The translations under genes and the position numbers were made by a program. This document shows positions 55,766-64,000 of a stretch of 64,000 bases of DNA, piece after piece (the stretch's first letter is position 1; each line of letters starts with the position of its first letter). The stretch comes from Alphaproteobacteria bacterium (lineage in GTDB: Bacteria > Pseudomonadota > Alphaproteobacteria > Holosporales > Holosporaceae), in the NCBI GenBank assembly GCA_016870135.1, contig VGCF01000001.1:9033-73032 (forward strand), written 5' to 3'. Below the pieces are notes generated by a model. The model worked only from the letters and a program-made list of their open reading frames with translations. It was not told the DNA's origin and did no database searches.

Positions 55766-56002
55766 TTAGGGCTGTTGGGAGGATGGCCCTTTTTTGGTGT
55801 GAAAGGCAAGGGGTTTGGCAGGACTGGATGGGGTGCTGTTCTTTGGCCCTTGGGTGAGTTGTTCCACAGAAATGGGGATTTCCACCAAACGCGCCATGGG
55901 GGGCATCCAATACATTGCTGCAATAACGGCTAGGGCGATGGCGCCTGCAGTGAAAATCATTAGAGTAATTTTCCAATGGGATATGAAAATCTTGTTGAGC
56001 AT
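55766..56002 (-). CDS. possible small membrane-anchored protein (hypothetical)
   Basis: 78-aa ORF with one N-terminal TM (ITLMIFTAGAIALAVIAAMYW) and a Pro/Ser-rich tail. Weak AGG upstream. Competing overlapping ORFs exist in the same 467-bp gap. Confidence 0.3.
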   Translation of the reverse strand: MLNKIFISHWKITLMIFTAGAIALAVIAAMYWMPPMARLVEIPISVEQLTQGPKNSTPSSPAKPLAFHTKKGPSSQQP

Positions 56003-56054
56003 GGTAACCTAATTGAAGTATAATCTTTTGTATCGGAAACAATGAGAAAAAGCA

Positions 56055-56621
56055 ATGACAAGTTATAATTTTACGTCATTTTATATTCCAAAAACCATTG
56101 CTCTTGTCGGAATGATGGGCGCTGGAAAAAGCACAATAGGCAGTCGGCTGGCCAGAAAGCTGGGTAAACCTTTTTGCGATTCAGACCAGGCTGTTGAAAA
56201 GGCTGCTGGCGGATGCAGCGTATCGGATATTTACGAGCAATGGGGAGAAGCCGCCTTTAAAACGACGGAAAACAAAGTTATTGCCCGATTACTGGATACA
56301 GAGCCCGTCCATGTATTGTCCACAGGAGAAGGTGCGTTTATTCATGATAAAACCCGCACGCTGTTGCAAGATCGAACCATTACGGTGTGGTTAAAGTCGG
56401 ATATCTTGACGTTGGCCAATCGTGTGCAACGAAAAATGCGCCCCCAACTGATCGAGGGAAACACCGAGGCGGTTCTAGAGGCGTTGGTCAAAGAACGCTA
56501 TCCCATTTATGGCATGGCTGATATTTGCGTGGAAAGCGATGACGAGTTTTATCAAGAAGCAGTCGATCGTATCATTATTGCTCTGAAAGAACATTTGTAC
56601 CCCGTATATCCAGCCCCATGA
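56055..56621 (+). CDS. aroK: shikimate kinase
   Basis: 188 aa. P-loop (VGMMGAGKSTIGSRLARKLG), then F.DSD, then STGEGAF. Confidence 0.9.
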   Translation: MTSYNFTSFYIPKTIALVGMMGAGKSTIGSRLARKLGKPFCDSDQAVEKAAGGCSVSDIYEQWGEAAFKTTENKVIARLLDTEPVHVLSTGEGAFIHDKTRTLLQDRTITVWLKSDILTLANRVQRKMRPQLIEGNTEAVLEALVKERYPIYGMADICVESDDEFYQEAVDRIIIALKEHLYPVYPAP

Positions 56622-57883
56622 ACTCTTTTGTTTCGATTTGCATCATTGTGACCATTTGTGTGATGTCTGCGATTTTATCGGCCAGTGAAACAGCCGTCAC
56701 CATGGCATCACGACTGCGTTTAAACCAATTGGCAAAAAAGGGCAAAAAACGAGCAGTGCTGTTGTTATCGTTGCAAGAAAACATGCATACCTTGATCAGT
56801 ACCATTATTTTAACCCATACCTGTCTTTTTTCAGGTATGGCCGCTCTGACCTCTCAGATGATGAGCTCTGTTCTCAGCGAATGGGGGGTGTTTGTGGCCT
56901 CGTTGGTCATGGGGGCGGCGATGACATTGTGTTTAGAGGTATTGCCAAAAGTGTATGCCTATTATTTTCCAGAACAAGTTGGATTATTTCTGGCAGGATT
57001 CATTCAGTTTTTACGCACGATTTTAAGGCCCGTTACCCGGTTCATGGATGCCTTTGCCCACAACATTATACGATTTTTAGGAGTCAATTTATCCGTAAAA
57101 AAAGACACAGTCGAAGATTTGCGTGGCGCCATTGATTTACATACTGGGGCGGAAATAGCCCTGCATGAACGGGCCATGTTGCGCAGCGTATTGGATTTGT
57201 CCTTGGTTACAGTGGATGAGGTAATGGTGCATCGTAAAAACATTTTGTCGTTCAACATTGATTTGCCCCAGGCCGAGCTGTATCGAAAAATCTTCAATGT
57301 CTCTTATACCCGCATCCCATTGTGGAGAGACACCCCTGATAATATTATTGGTGTGGTGAATATCAAGCATTTGGCTCGCGCCAGTCACCAATCGAATCAA
57401 GCGGTTGTGATTTCCGAGATGATGACCCAGCCATGGTTTATCCCCGATACCAGCACCCTGTTTGATCAGCTGCAATTGTTCAAAGCCAAAAGCAGCCATC
57501 AAGCCTTTGTGGTGGATGAGTATGGGTCCTTACTGGGAATGGTGACACTGGAGGATATTTTAGAAGAAATTGTGGGTGAAATTACGGATGAACATGATGC
57601 GGCCTTGCCTGGCGTGCGTATGACCACCAACGGAGATTATATCATTCAAGGATCAGTGACACTGCGCGATTTACAGAGACAGTATGACTGGTCGCTGGAT
57701 AACAGCGAGGCATCCACATTGGCAGGATTAATTTTGAATGAAACACGATCCATTCCTGATGTGGGCTCTGTTTTAACCCTGCAAGGGTTTACCTTAAAGA
57801 TTTTACGTAAACACAACCATCAAATTACATTGATTCGTGTTACACCCCACGATAAACCCAAGGATACCCTGTTGGGGGTATAG
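56618..57883 (+). CDS. HlyC/CorC family transporter (CNNM/DUF21 TM domain + CBS pair + CorC_HlyC domain)
   Basis: 421 aa. N-terminal DUF21 with SASETAV, CBS-pair region (VDEVMVHRKNI ... VVDEYGSLLGMVTLEDILEEIVGEI) and a C-terminal transporter-associated domain. The start overlaps the aroK stop (ATGA). Confidence 0.88.
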   Translation: MNSFVSICIIVTICVMSAILSASETAVTMASRLRLNQLAKKGKKRAVLLLSLQENMHTLISTIILTHTCLFSGMAALTSQMMSSVLSEWGVFVASLVMGAAMTLCLEVLPKVYAYYFPEQVGLFLAGFIQFLRTILRPVTRFMDAFAHNIIRFLGVNLSVKKDTVEDLRGAIDLHTGAEIALHERAMLRSVLDLSLVTVDEVMVHRKNILSFNIDLPQAELYRKIFNVSYTRIPLWRDTPDNIIGVVNIKHLARASHQSNQAVVISEMMTQPWFIPDTSTLFDQLQLFKAKSSHQAFVVDEYGSLLGMVTLEDILEEIVGEITDEHDAALPGVRMTTNGDYIIQGSVTLRDLQRQYDWSLDNSEASTLAGLILNETRSIPDVGSVLTLQGFTLKILRKHNHQITLIRVTPHDKPKDTLLGV

Positions 57884-58141
57884 TCTCGGGGCTTTCCAGC
57901 CTCCCCCCCTGCCCCCTGTGTTTGATCTGTTGGTACAGCCTTTGGGCTTTGGGTCTTTGGGGTCTAGTTGGGGGGACAATGCTGGTGGGGGCACACACAT
58001 GATCTGAAAGCTTGTCTGCTTCATAGGCGACGGCCAACTATACCCCGTGCATTAACTTATCCTCCGCCAAATCCGTGGGGTATAAGGCCTTCCTGCCCCC
58101 TGTGTTTGATCTGTTGGTACAGCCCTTTGGGCTTTGGGTCT

Positions 58142-59701
58142 TTATCGAAACGGGGCCGCTTGAAATCCGCGCAATTTACGAGAATGCAACGCCAAAGGGC
58201 AATACGTTGACAAAATTTCCATGGCTGTAATACCCATCAGCATATGCTCGCGTACCCGATCCTTGTAAAAATTCTGAGCCGATTGCGGCATTTTCAAATC
58301 TCCATGCAGTGGTCGATCCGATACGCACAACAATGCTCCATAAGGAATGGAAAATCGAAAAGCGTTGGCTGCCAATGTGGCCGATTCCATATCAATGGCA
58401 ATGGCTCTGGATCGATGAATCAGGGGGGAAAAGGAGGTGGTGCGCAGCTCCCAATTACGATTGGCTGTGGTTAAAACCGTTCCGGAACGCAACGAGCGAT
58501 ACAGTTGATCCGGATCGGGAAAAAACCGAGTCCCCGCTTGATGCAGGGCCTGCTGCACATCGGATACAGGAGGAATGGGGATATTCAGAGGCAGCTCTTC
58601 GTCCAACACCCGATCTTCGCGCATATAGGCGTTCGCAATCACGAAATCCCCTAACCGCTGGGTATGGTGCAGGCCACCACAATGACCCAACATAATCCAG
58701 CAATGAGACCGCAGCACCGACAAATGATCGGTGATGGTTTTCATGTTGCTTGGTCCTACGCCAATATTAATCAGAGTAATGCCTTGTCGGTCAGCTTTTT
58801 GTAAGTGATAGGCGGGCATTTGAAAGGCCCTGCCCTCATCCACATATTCTTCCGGAATACCCTGGTCTAGGCGATGCCACCGCCCCATAGGTCCTGACCA
58901 AGAGACATACCCCTGTTTTAACCGTTCTTGTTCCTGGGCATAGGCCAAAAAAGAATCGACGTAATGGGAATAGTTAGTCAATAGGATGAAATTTTGAAAC
59001 TGATCCGCCGACGTTCCGCAATAATGCTGTAATCGAGCCAGAGAATAATCAATGCGTGGCGCAGAAAACAATCCCAAGGGTTTGGTGGGTAATGCATCCC
59101 AATCTTTGGCCTCGTCTTCGCAATCTTGCAGACCGTATAGGGACGGCAGGTGCACGCGCATACTGGTGGCATTGGGCCCTGTACCCTGGACGGGCGTCTT
59201 TGCCACGATCTCGGCAGAACTCATAACCTCTAATGGTATACTGGGCAAAAAAGCGACCGGAATATGGCGTGGGCTCTTCCCCACCCCCACCAAGATCTCG
59301 TGGGATTGCATCAACAGTGTAATTTGTTGGTGCAAGTATCCCTCGTACAGAACCGGCTGAGTAATGGTGGTACCATAAAATCCAGGATGACTAAATAGGC
59401 CATACGATTGCAGCAATGTCGAATCGCATACAGGAACATAAATACCCAAATAGGGATAATGGCGCGCGCCTGCAGAACGTTGATCCGAAAATATGGTTTG
59501 GCGTGCTTGGGTGACTTGACGTTGGTACAATTCTTTTAATGCCGAAATCACCTGATCGGCTGTATCAAAAAAAACCATATCTTGAACACACTCGTGCTCT
59601 TGAAAATGCAGTCTGGTGCGGGCATGCAAAGACGGCCAATCAAATGAAGAAAGAGATCGTTCAGGGATCGACAAAGGATCAGTAGCCATGGACTCTATCA
59701 T
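58142..59701 (-). CDS. amn: AMP nucleosidase
   Basis: 519 aa. The C-terminal phosphorylase-like domain has NIGVGPSNMKTITDHLSVLRSHCWIMLGHCGGL and AIDMESATLA, typical of Amn. N-terminal regulatory domain is present. Confidence 0.85.
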   Translation of the reverse strand: MIESMATDPLSIPERSLSSFDWPSLHARTRLHFQEHECVQDMVFFDTADQVISALKELYQRQVTQARQTIFSDQRSAGARHYPYLGIYVPVCDSTLLQSYGLFSHPGFYGTTITQPVLYEGYLHQQITLLMQSHEILVGVGKSPRHIPVAFLPSIPLEVMSSAEIVAKTPVQGTGPNATSMRVHLPSLYGLQDCEDEAKDWDALPTKPLGLFSAPRIDYSLARLQHYCGTSADQFQNFILLTNYSHYVDSFLAYAQEQERLKQGYVSWSGPMGRWHRLDQGIPEEYVDEGRAFQMPAYHLQKADRQGITLINIGVGPSNMKTITDHLSVLRSHCWIMLGHCGGLHHTQRLGDFVIANAYMREDRVLDEELPLNIPIPPVSDVQQALHQAGTRFFPDPDQLYRSLRSGTVLTTANRNWELRTTSFSPLIHRSRAIAIDMESATLAANAFRFSIPYGALLCVSDRPLHGDLKMPQSAQNFYKDRVREHMLMGITAMEILSTYCPLALHSRKLRGFQAAPFR

Positions 59702-59765
59702 TATCTATTTAACTTATCATACACCATTGCATAAAAATCGCCAAATTTTTGCACACGCTCTTGGG

Positions 59766-61106
59766 TTAAGCAAGATTTTTGTTAACAAAAACAGGCACGC
59801 TGCCGTCATGAAACTGGATGGACAGCTCCTCTGTTTTCAGTGCCATGCCGCTGGAAGAACACAGTTTTTTATCCCCAGATAAGACCAATGAAAACCCGCG
59901 TTCCAAGGTTTTTTGGTACGATAATTGGGCCAACAATCGATCATAATTCTCTAACAGGGATTCAAAGGCACCTATTTTCTCGACCATTAATCGCGTTAAA
60001 TGTTGACCAAGATGCATGACGTGGTTCTGGTGGTTGACAATATCTCTGATGGGGCCTTGCCCTAGTTTTTGCCCGATCAATGTCCACCGGTATGTTTTTT
60101 CAGTCATAAAAAGGGAAATGCGCTTGACCAACGCATCAAAAGCCAGATCCAATCGTTGTTCAAGCGGCAACGTCATGGATTTCAGCGCGTAAAAACCATT
60201 CATGACGTGGTCTAGTCGGGTTCTCCCTAAACTGTATTCATGATACAAGGCACGACGCAGTAACGTGATACAGCTGTGGATGTGGTCTTGTACATCGGTA
60301 ATCAGCGGCAACACCATTTCGGCCGCCGCCGTGGGGGTCGGAGCCCGACAATCGGCAGCATAATCCATCAGAGTCGTGTCCGTTTCATGACCAATGGCGG
60401 AAATAATAGGAATGGTGCTCGATGCCACAGCTCTGACAATCGACTCATCATGAAAAGCCCACAAGTCCTCGATGCTCCCGCCGCCGCGCGCAATGATCAG
60501 CACATCAGGACGTACATGGTGTTGGTGAAAGAAGGTCAAAGCCCTTAAAATATCAGGCACAGCATTGCCGCCCTGCACCGCCACAGGGTACAGCAACAAT
60601 CGGCAGGGTAAACGGTCAGAAAAACGCACCAACATATCTTGAATCACCGCACCCGTAGGCGATGTAATCAGGCCAATGCACCCAGGAAATCGAGGTAATG
60701 GCTTTTTTCGCTCTCGTTCAAATAAGCCCTCTTTGGTCAGTTTGGCCTTTAATTGTTCGATCAAATACAACAACGCCCCCTGGCCCGCTGGCTCTGCACT
60801 TTCAATGATGAATTGGTATTTGGATCGCGCACCATAGGTTGTAATACGCCCCCTGCAAATCACCAAAACCCCATCGTGCAGAGGAGTTTGCAGTTTGGTT
60901 CCACGCCAACAAATGGCATCTATCACGCACTGGTCGTCTTTTAGGGCAAAATAAGTATGTCCAGACGTATGCTGTTTACAGCCGGAAATCTCGCCTTGTA
61001 CACAGACCGAAGAAAACCCTTTTTCGATGTGTTGTTTCAAATACCCTGAAATTTGAGTAATGGTTAAGGGTAACGGGGTGTCTGGATATGCCAATAAATT
61101 GCCCAT
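59766..61106 (-). CDS. xseA: exodeoxyribonuclease VII large subunit
   Basis: From MGNLLAYPD: OB fold (LTITQISGYLKQHIEKGFSSVCVQGEISGCKQHTSGHTYFALKDD), then ITSPTGAVIQD, ARGGGSIEDLWAFHDE and ISAIGHETD. The track ORF (to 61424) includes ~106 implausible upstream codons. Confidence 0.92.
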   Translation of the reverse strand: MGNLLAYPDTPLPLTITQISGYLKQHIEKGFSSVCVQGEISGCKQHTSGHTYFALKDDQCVIDAICWRGTKLQTPLHDGVLVICRGRITTYGARSKYQFIIESAEPAGQGALLYLIEQLKAKLTKEGLFERERKKPLPRFPGCIGLITSPTGAVIQDMLVRFSDRLPCRLLLYPVAVQGGNAVPDILRALTFFHQHHVRPDVLIIARGGGSIEDLWAFHDESIVRAVASSTIPIISAIGHETDTTLMDYAADCRAPTPTAAAEMVLPLITDVQDHIHSCITLLRRALYHEYSLGRTRLDHVMNGFYALKSMTLPLEQRLDLAFDALVKRISLFMTEKTYRWTLIGQKLGQGPIRDIVNHQNHVMHLGQHLTRLMVEKIGAFESLLENYDRLLAQLSYQKTLERGFSLVLSGDKKLCSSSGMALKTEELSIQFHDGSVPVFVNKNLA

Positions 61107-61244
61107 CAAAAAACTGTACCCATGGGATAACCATATCACCAGTTTATACCATTTTTTATCGAAATACAGGGTACTTTTTTGCCTTTGACCTTGATACATC
61201 AATGCTTTTATTTTATGATCATAAAAATTCCACCTGGCAAACCT

Positions 61245-62660
61245 ATGAGCACTTTTTCCAGCCTTGCCCAGACCATCCAGCCTCTGGATGCTGCAGAACG
61301 CTTTGCCACCCTTCCCCCAGAATACACCCCCACTAAACGTCTGTTCATCAAGACTTATGGGTGTCAAATGAACGTTTATGATTCTGAACGCATGGAAGAA
61401 GCGTTGGTTCCCCTGGGGTTTCAAGCCACCGATATGGTGGATACGGCCGATTTAATCATCGTGAACACCTGTCATATCCGCGCCAAAGCAGAGGACAAAC
61501 TGTTTTCTGAATTAGGTCGCTTTCGTATTGTTAAAAACAAGCGTAAAGACGCGGGACAATCCACCATCATTATTGTGGCCGGATGTGTGGGTCAAGCACT
61601 GGGAGCCGATATTTTAAAGCGTGCCCCGTATGTGGATGTGGTGGTGGGGCCTCAGACATACCATACCTTGCCTGAAACGGTGATGCGCATTTTGTGGGCT
61701 CAGCCCAATCAACCCAAAATATCCTTGGGTTTTCCAAAAATGGAAAAATTTGATGAATTGCCCCAAGAGCGAGGATTAAAGGGGCCGCAAGCCTTTTTGT
61801 CCATCCAAGAGGGCTGTAACAAGTTTTGTAAATATTGTGTGGTGCCCTATACCCGAGGTCCGGAATATTCCCGGCCCTTGTCGGACGTATTGCAAGAAGC
61901 CAAACATTTGGTGGATTTGGGGGCCAAAGAAATTACGCTGTTGGGGCAAAACGTCAATGCCTATCATGGATTGGATGCGGGTGGTAAAGAAACATCCTTG
62001 GGGCGATTGATTATGGCGTTGGCGGAATGTCCTGGGTTGACGCGTTTGCGATACACCACATCGCACCCAAGGGATGTGGATGATGATTTGTTATGTGCCC
62101 ACAGAGACATCAAAATTTTGATGCCTTTTTTACATTTGCCCGTACAATCTGGTTCTAACCGGGTGTTGGCGCGCATGAATCGACAATATACCCGTGAATT
62201 TTATCTGAACATCATTGAAAAATTCCTCCAGTACAATCCAAAAATGGCGTTTTCATCAGATTTTATTGTAGGGTATCCTGGGGAAAGTGACGACGATTTT
62301 CAAGACACATGTCGTTTGATTGATCAGGTTCATTTTGCCCAAGCCTTTTCCTTTATGTACAGTCCTCGGCCCGGTACCCCTGCAGCCATGGTCAAACAAT
62401 TGGATGAACAGATAAAAAGTCAGCGTCTGCAGCACCTGAATGGGGTTTTGGATGGTCATCGATTGGCCTTTAACCAAACTTTTCAAGATCAAGTGATTCC
62501 TGTGCTGGTGGAACGCGCGGACGAGGATCATGGGTGTATGGGGCGCAGTGAATATATGCATAGTGTGCATTTTACCCATCCATTTTGCGCAGTGGGTGAT
62601 ATATTGAATATTCAAATTCAATCGTCATCCCACAACAGTTTAAAAGGGGTCGTCGTATAG
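61245..62660 (+). CDS. miaB: tRNA (N6-isopentenyl adenosine(37)-C2)-methylthiotransferase
   Basis: UPF0004 domain (FIKTYGCQMNVYDSERM), radical SAM motif (IQEGCNKFCKYCVVPYTRG) and C-terminal TRAM domain. Start taken at MSTFSS (61245). Confidence 0.93.
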   Translation: MSTFSSLAQTIQPLDAAERFATLPPEYTPTKRLFIKTYGCQMNVYDSERMEEALVPLGFQATDMVDTADLIIVNTCHIRAKAEDKLFSELGRFRIVKNKRKDAGQSTIIIVAGCVGQALGADILKRAPYVDVVVGPQTYHTLPETVMRILWAQPNQPKISLGFPKMEKFDELPQERGLKGPQAFLSIQEGCNKFCKYCVVPYTRGPEYSRPLSDVLQEAKHLVDLGAKEITLLGQNVNAYHGLDAGGKETSLGRLIMALAECPGLTRLRYTTSHPRDVDDDLLCAHRDIKILMPFLHLPVQSGSNRVLARMNRQYTREFYLNIIEKFLQYNPKMAFSSDFIVGYPGESDDDFQDTCRLIDQVHFAQAFSFMYSPRPGTPAAMVKQLDEQIKSQRLQHLNGVLDGHRLAFNQTFQDQVIPVLVERADEDHGCMGRSEYMHSVHFTHPFCAVGDILNIQIQSSSHNSLKGVVV

Positions 62661-62826
62661 CCCCATCACCAGCCAGACAGGATGATGGGCAAACGATAAA
62701 AACGTGGCTTTTGGGGAACAGTGGGTGGGTTGATCGAATTATTGATCAAAAACCATTGATTTATAGAGGATTTTTTTAGAATAATGGTCCTAAGGTTAAT
62801 GGTATAGATCAGTAAAAAAAGTGACG

Positions 62827-64000
62827 ATGGGTTATAAAAAAACCATATTGATGGTATGGATGATGTCCACGGTTTTCACCACAGCGCAATGTTCACCAGG
62901 TTTTTCCCCAGGAAAACAGCGCATACCTTTAAAAATGCATCTGGTGCGTGATCAGGTTTTGGCGGAATATGTCGATGTTTTTTTGGACCAAAATCCTGCC
63001 ATTATGGCTGATTTGTCTCATACGAGTAATGACCAATTGCGTCAATGGGCCTTGCATTTGGCCCATCAAATTGAAAAGCGATATCTGTTTTCTCCATCCA
63101 TCATCATTAATCGCATATCGTATCATGCAAAAGGAATTTTTCACTGCTTAGAGCTGGCCCGTAAACAGGCCCAAAGCGCAGCACTGGCCCATCCCATACA
63201 CCTGGATTTGCAAGAATTTTCACCCAAAAGTTTGCGCACCTTATTGCAAGAAAACCGTTTGCACCAAAAAGAATGTTCTGAAAAAATGAATGCGCTGCAA
63301 GAGATGATCATCCAGTCCAACGACGGTACTGACAAAGACAATTATGGCATTGAAGCAGCATTATTAAAGATGGTGGACGAGTTGAATGGACGATATGAAG
63401 CCATATTGAAATCATTTGTGGGCATTCCGCACATCATAACGCGTAAAAAACTGAACGATCGTATGAAAGTATTGCGTCAAGATTGGGGTTCTTTGCAAAA
63501 CTATTTGCCCGCACTGTTGCATCATGGTCAATTGTTGCACACGTTAAATCAATCCATGCATGAAAAAATAGAAACCATTTTTTCCGATGCCCATTTGGGT
63601 ATCACTCCGTACGCCAACAAAGCCATGGGATTAAAGTGGGAAATGATGCGCAAAGCCATTGATGAATTAGAGCATATTCATTCTCAATTGTCGGAAAAAG
63701 ACGCCATTATTGTGGATCAGTTGTGTAAAAAAACGGCCGTGATGCTGTGGGGCGATTGGTTGAATGATTTACAGATGCAAGCCAAACGTGTTCCGGCCCA
63801 GAGCCAGGCCTTATTGGTACAAATGGATCGATTAAAAAATCATTTGGTGTTGTTAATCGCCCATCCGCTGCGTGGTTTGGATCATTTTCAAGCTTTGCTG
63901 AATCCCCACCACAGTGGACTGGTGTTAAGCAAGGCTTTCTTGGATCAGGCCTGTGATCGCCTGTTGCATGTGTTGGAAAACGTCCAAAACCTTTCAGCAT
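62827..64000 (+). CDS. hypothetical secreted/lipoprotein-like helical protein (3' end outside window)
   Basis: Frame 1 is open from the ATG at 62827 to the window edge (391 codons), so it is absent from the track. The N-terminus MGYKKTILMVWMMSTVFTTAQC looks like a signal peptide with a Cys at the cleavage region. The rest is helical and Leu/Gln/His-rich, with no family I recognise. Confidence 0.6.
   Translation, partial: MGYKKTILMVWMMSTVFTTAQCSPGFSPGKQRIPLKMHLVRDQVLAEYVDVFLDQNPAIMADLSHTSNDQLRQWALHLAHQIEKRYLFSPSIIINRISYHAKGIFHCLELARKQAQSAALAHPIHLDLQEFSPKSLRTLLQENRLHQKECSEKMNALQEMIIQSNDGTDKDNYGIEAALLKMVDELNGRYEAILKSFVGIPHIITRKKLNDRMKVLRQDWGSLQNYLPALLHHGQLLHTLNQSMHEKIETIFSDAHLGITPYANKAMGLKWEMMRKAIDELEHIHSQLSEKDAIIVDQLCKKTAVMLWGDWLNDLQMQAKRVPAQSQALLVQMDRLKNHLVLLIAHPLRGLDHFQALLNPHHSGLVLSKAFLDQACDRLLHVLENVQNLSA

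Overview
This is a gene-dense chromosomal segment of about 50 protein genes. By gene content and order it is alphaproteobacterial: a ctrA response regulator, hrcA-grpE, gatCAB, ffs-dnaX-ybaB and an atpA-atpG fragment. Most genes are housekeeping:
- ATP synthase alpha and gamma
- HrcA/GrpE
- aminopeptidase P
- MurF and MurB
- TatD
- IscA/HscA
- UvrB
- CtrA
- CtpA
- RmuC
- HemW
- LigA
- DnaX and DnaE
- RNase E and RNase HII
- L19 and L33
- PriA
- GatCAB
- AroK
- Amn
- XseA
- MiaB

The RNA genes found by eye are tRNA-Asp(GTC), tRNA-Phe(GAA) and a 4.5S/SRP RNA directly upstream of dnaX. The ORF track missed rpmG (53 aa) and an open-ended ORF at the 3' edge.

Classical operons are fragmented: atpAG has no atpDC, and murF, murB, rplS and pntAB stand alone. 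Several housekeeping genes carry in-frame low-complexity insertions or 3' tandem duplications. Together with AT-rich, repeat-laden spacers, this suggests a host-associated, rearranged genome. That is inference, not proof.

The parts not explained by standard families are:
1. Two tandem lipoprotein genes that fuse an N-terminal TPR module to a C-terminal secretin domain, with no other secretion or pilus genes nearby.
2. A tandemly duplicated micro-cassette of three small ORFs (14.5-15.8 kb) next to a His-rich protein.
3. A roughly 250-290 bp inverted repeat linking 15.3-15.6 kb to the 3' end of rnhB at 41.4-41.7 kb, including a dead rnhB fragment.
4. An orphan DevB-type membrane-fusion protein followed by a CPBP intramembrane protease.

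I saw no CRISPR array, transposase, integrase or prophage genes. All calls rest on manual reading of the sequence and ORF translations. No database search was run.
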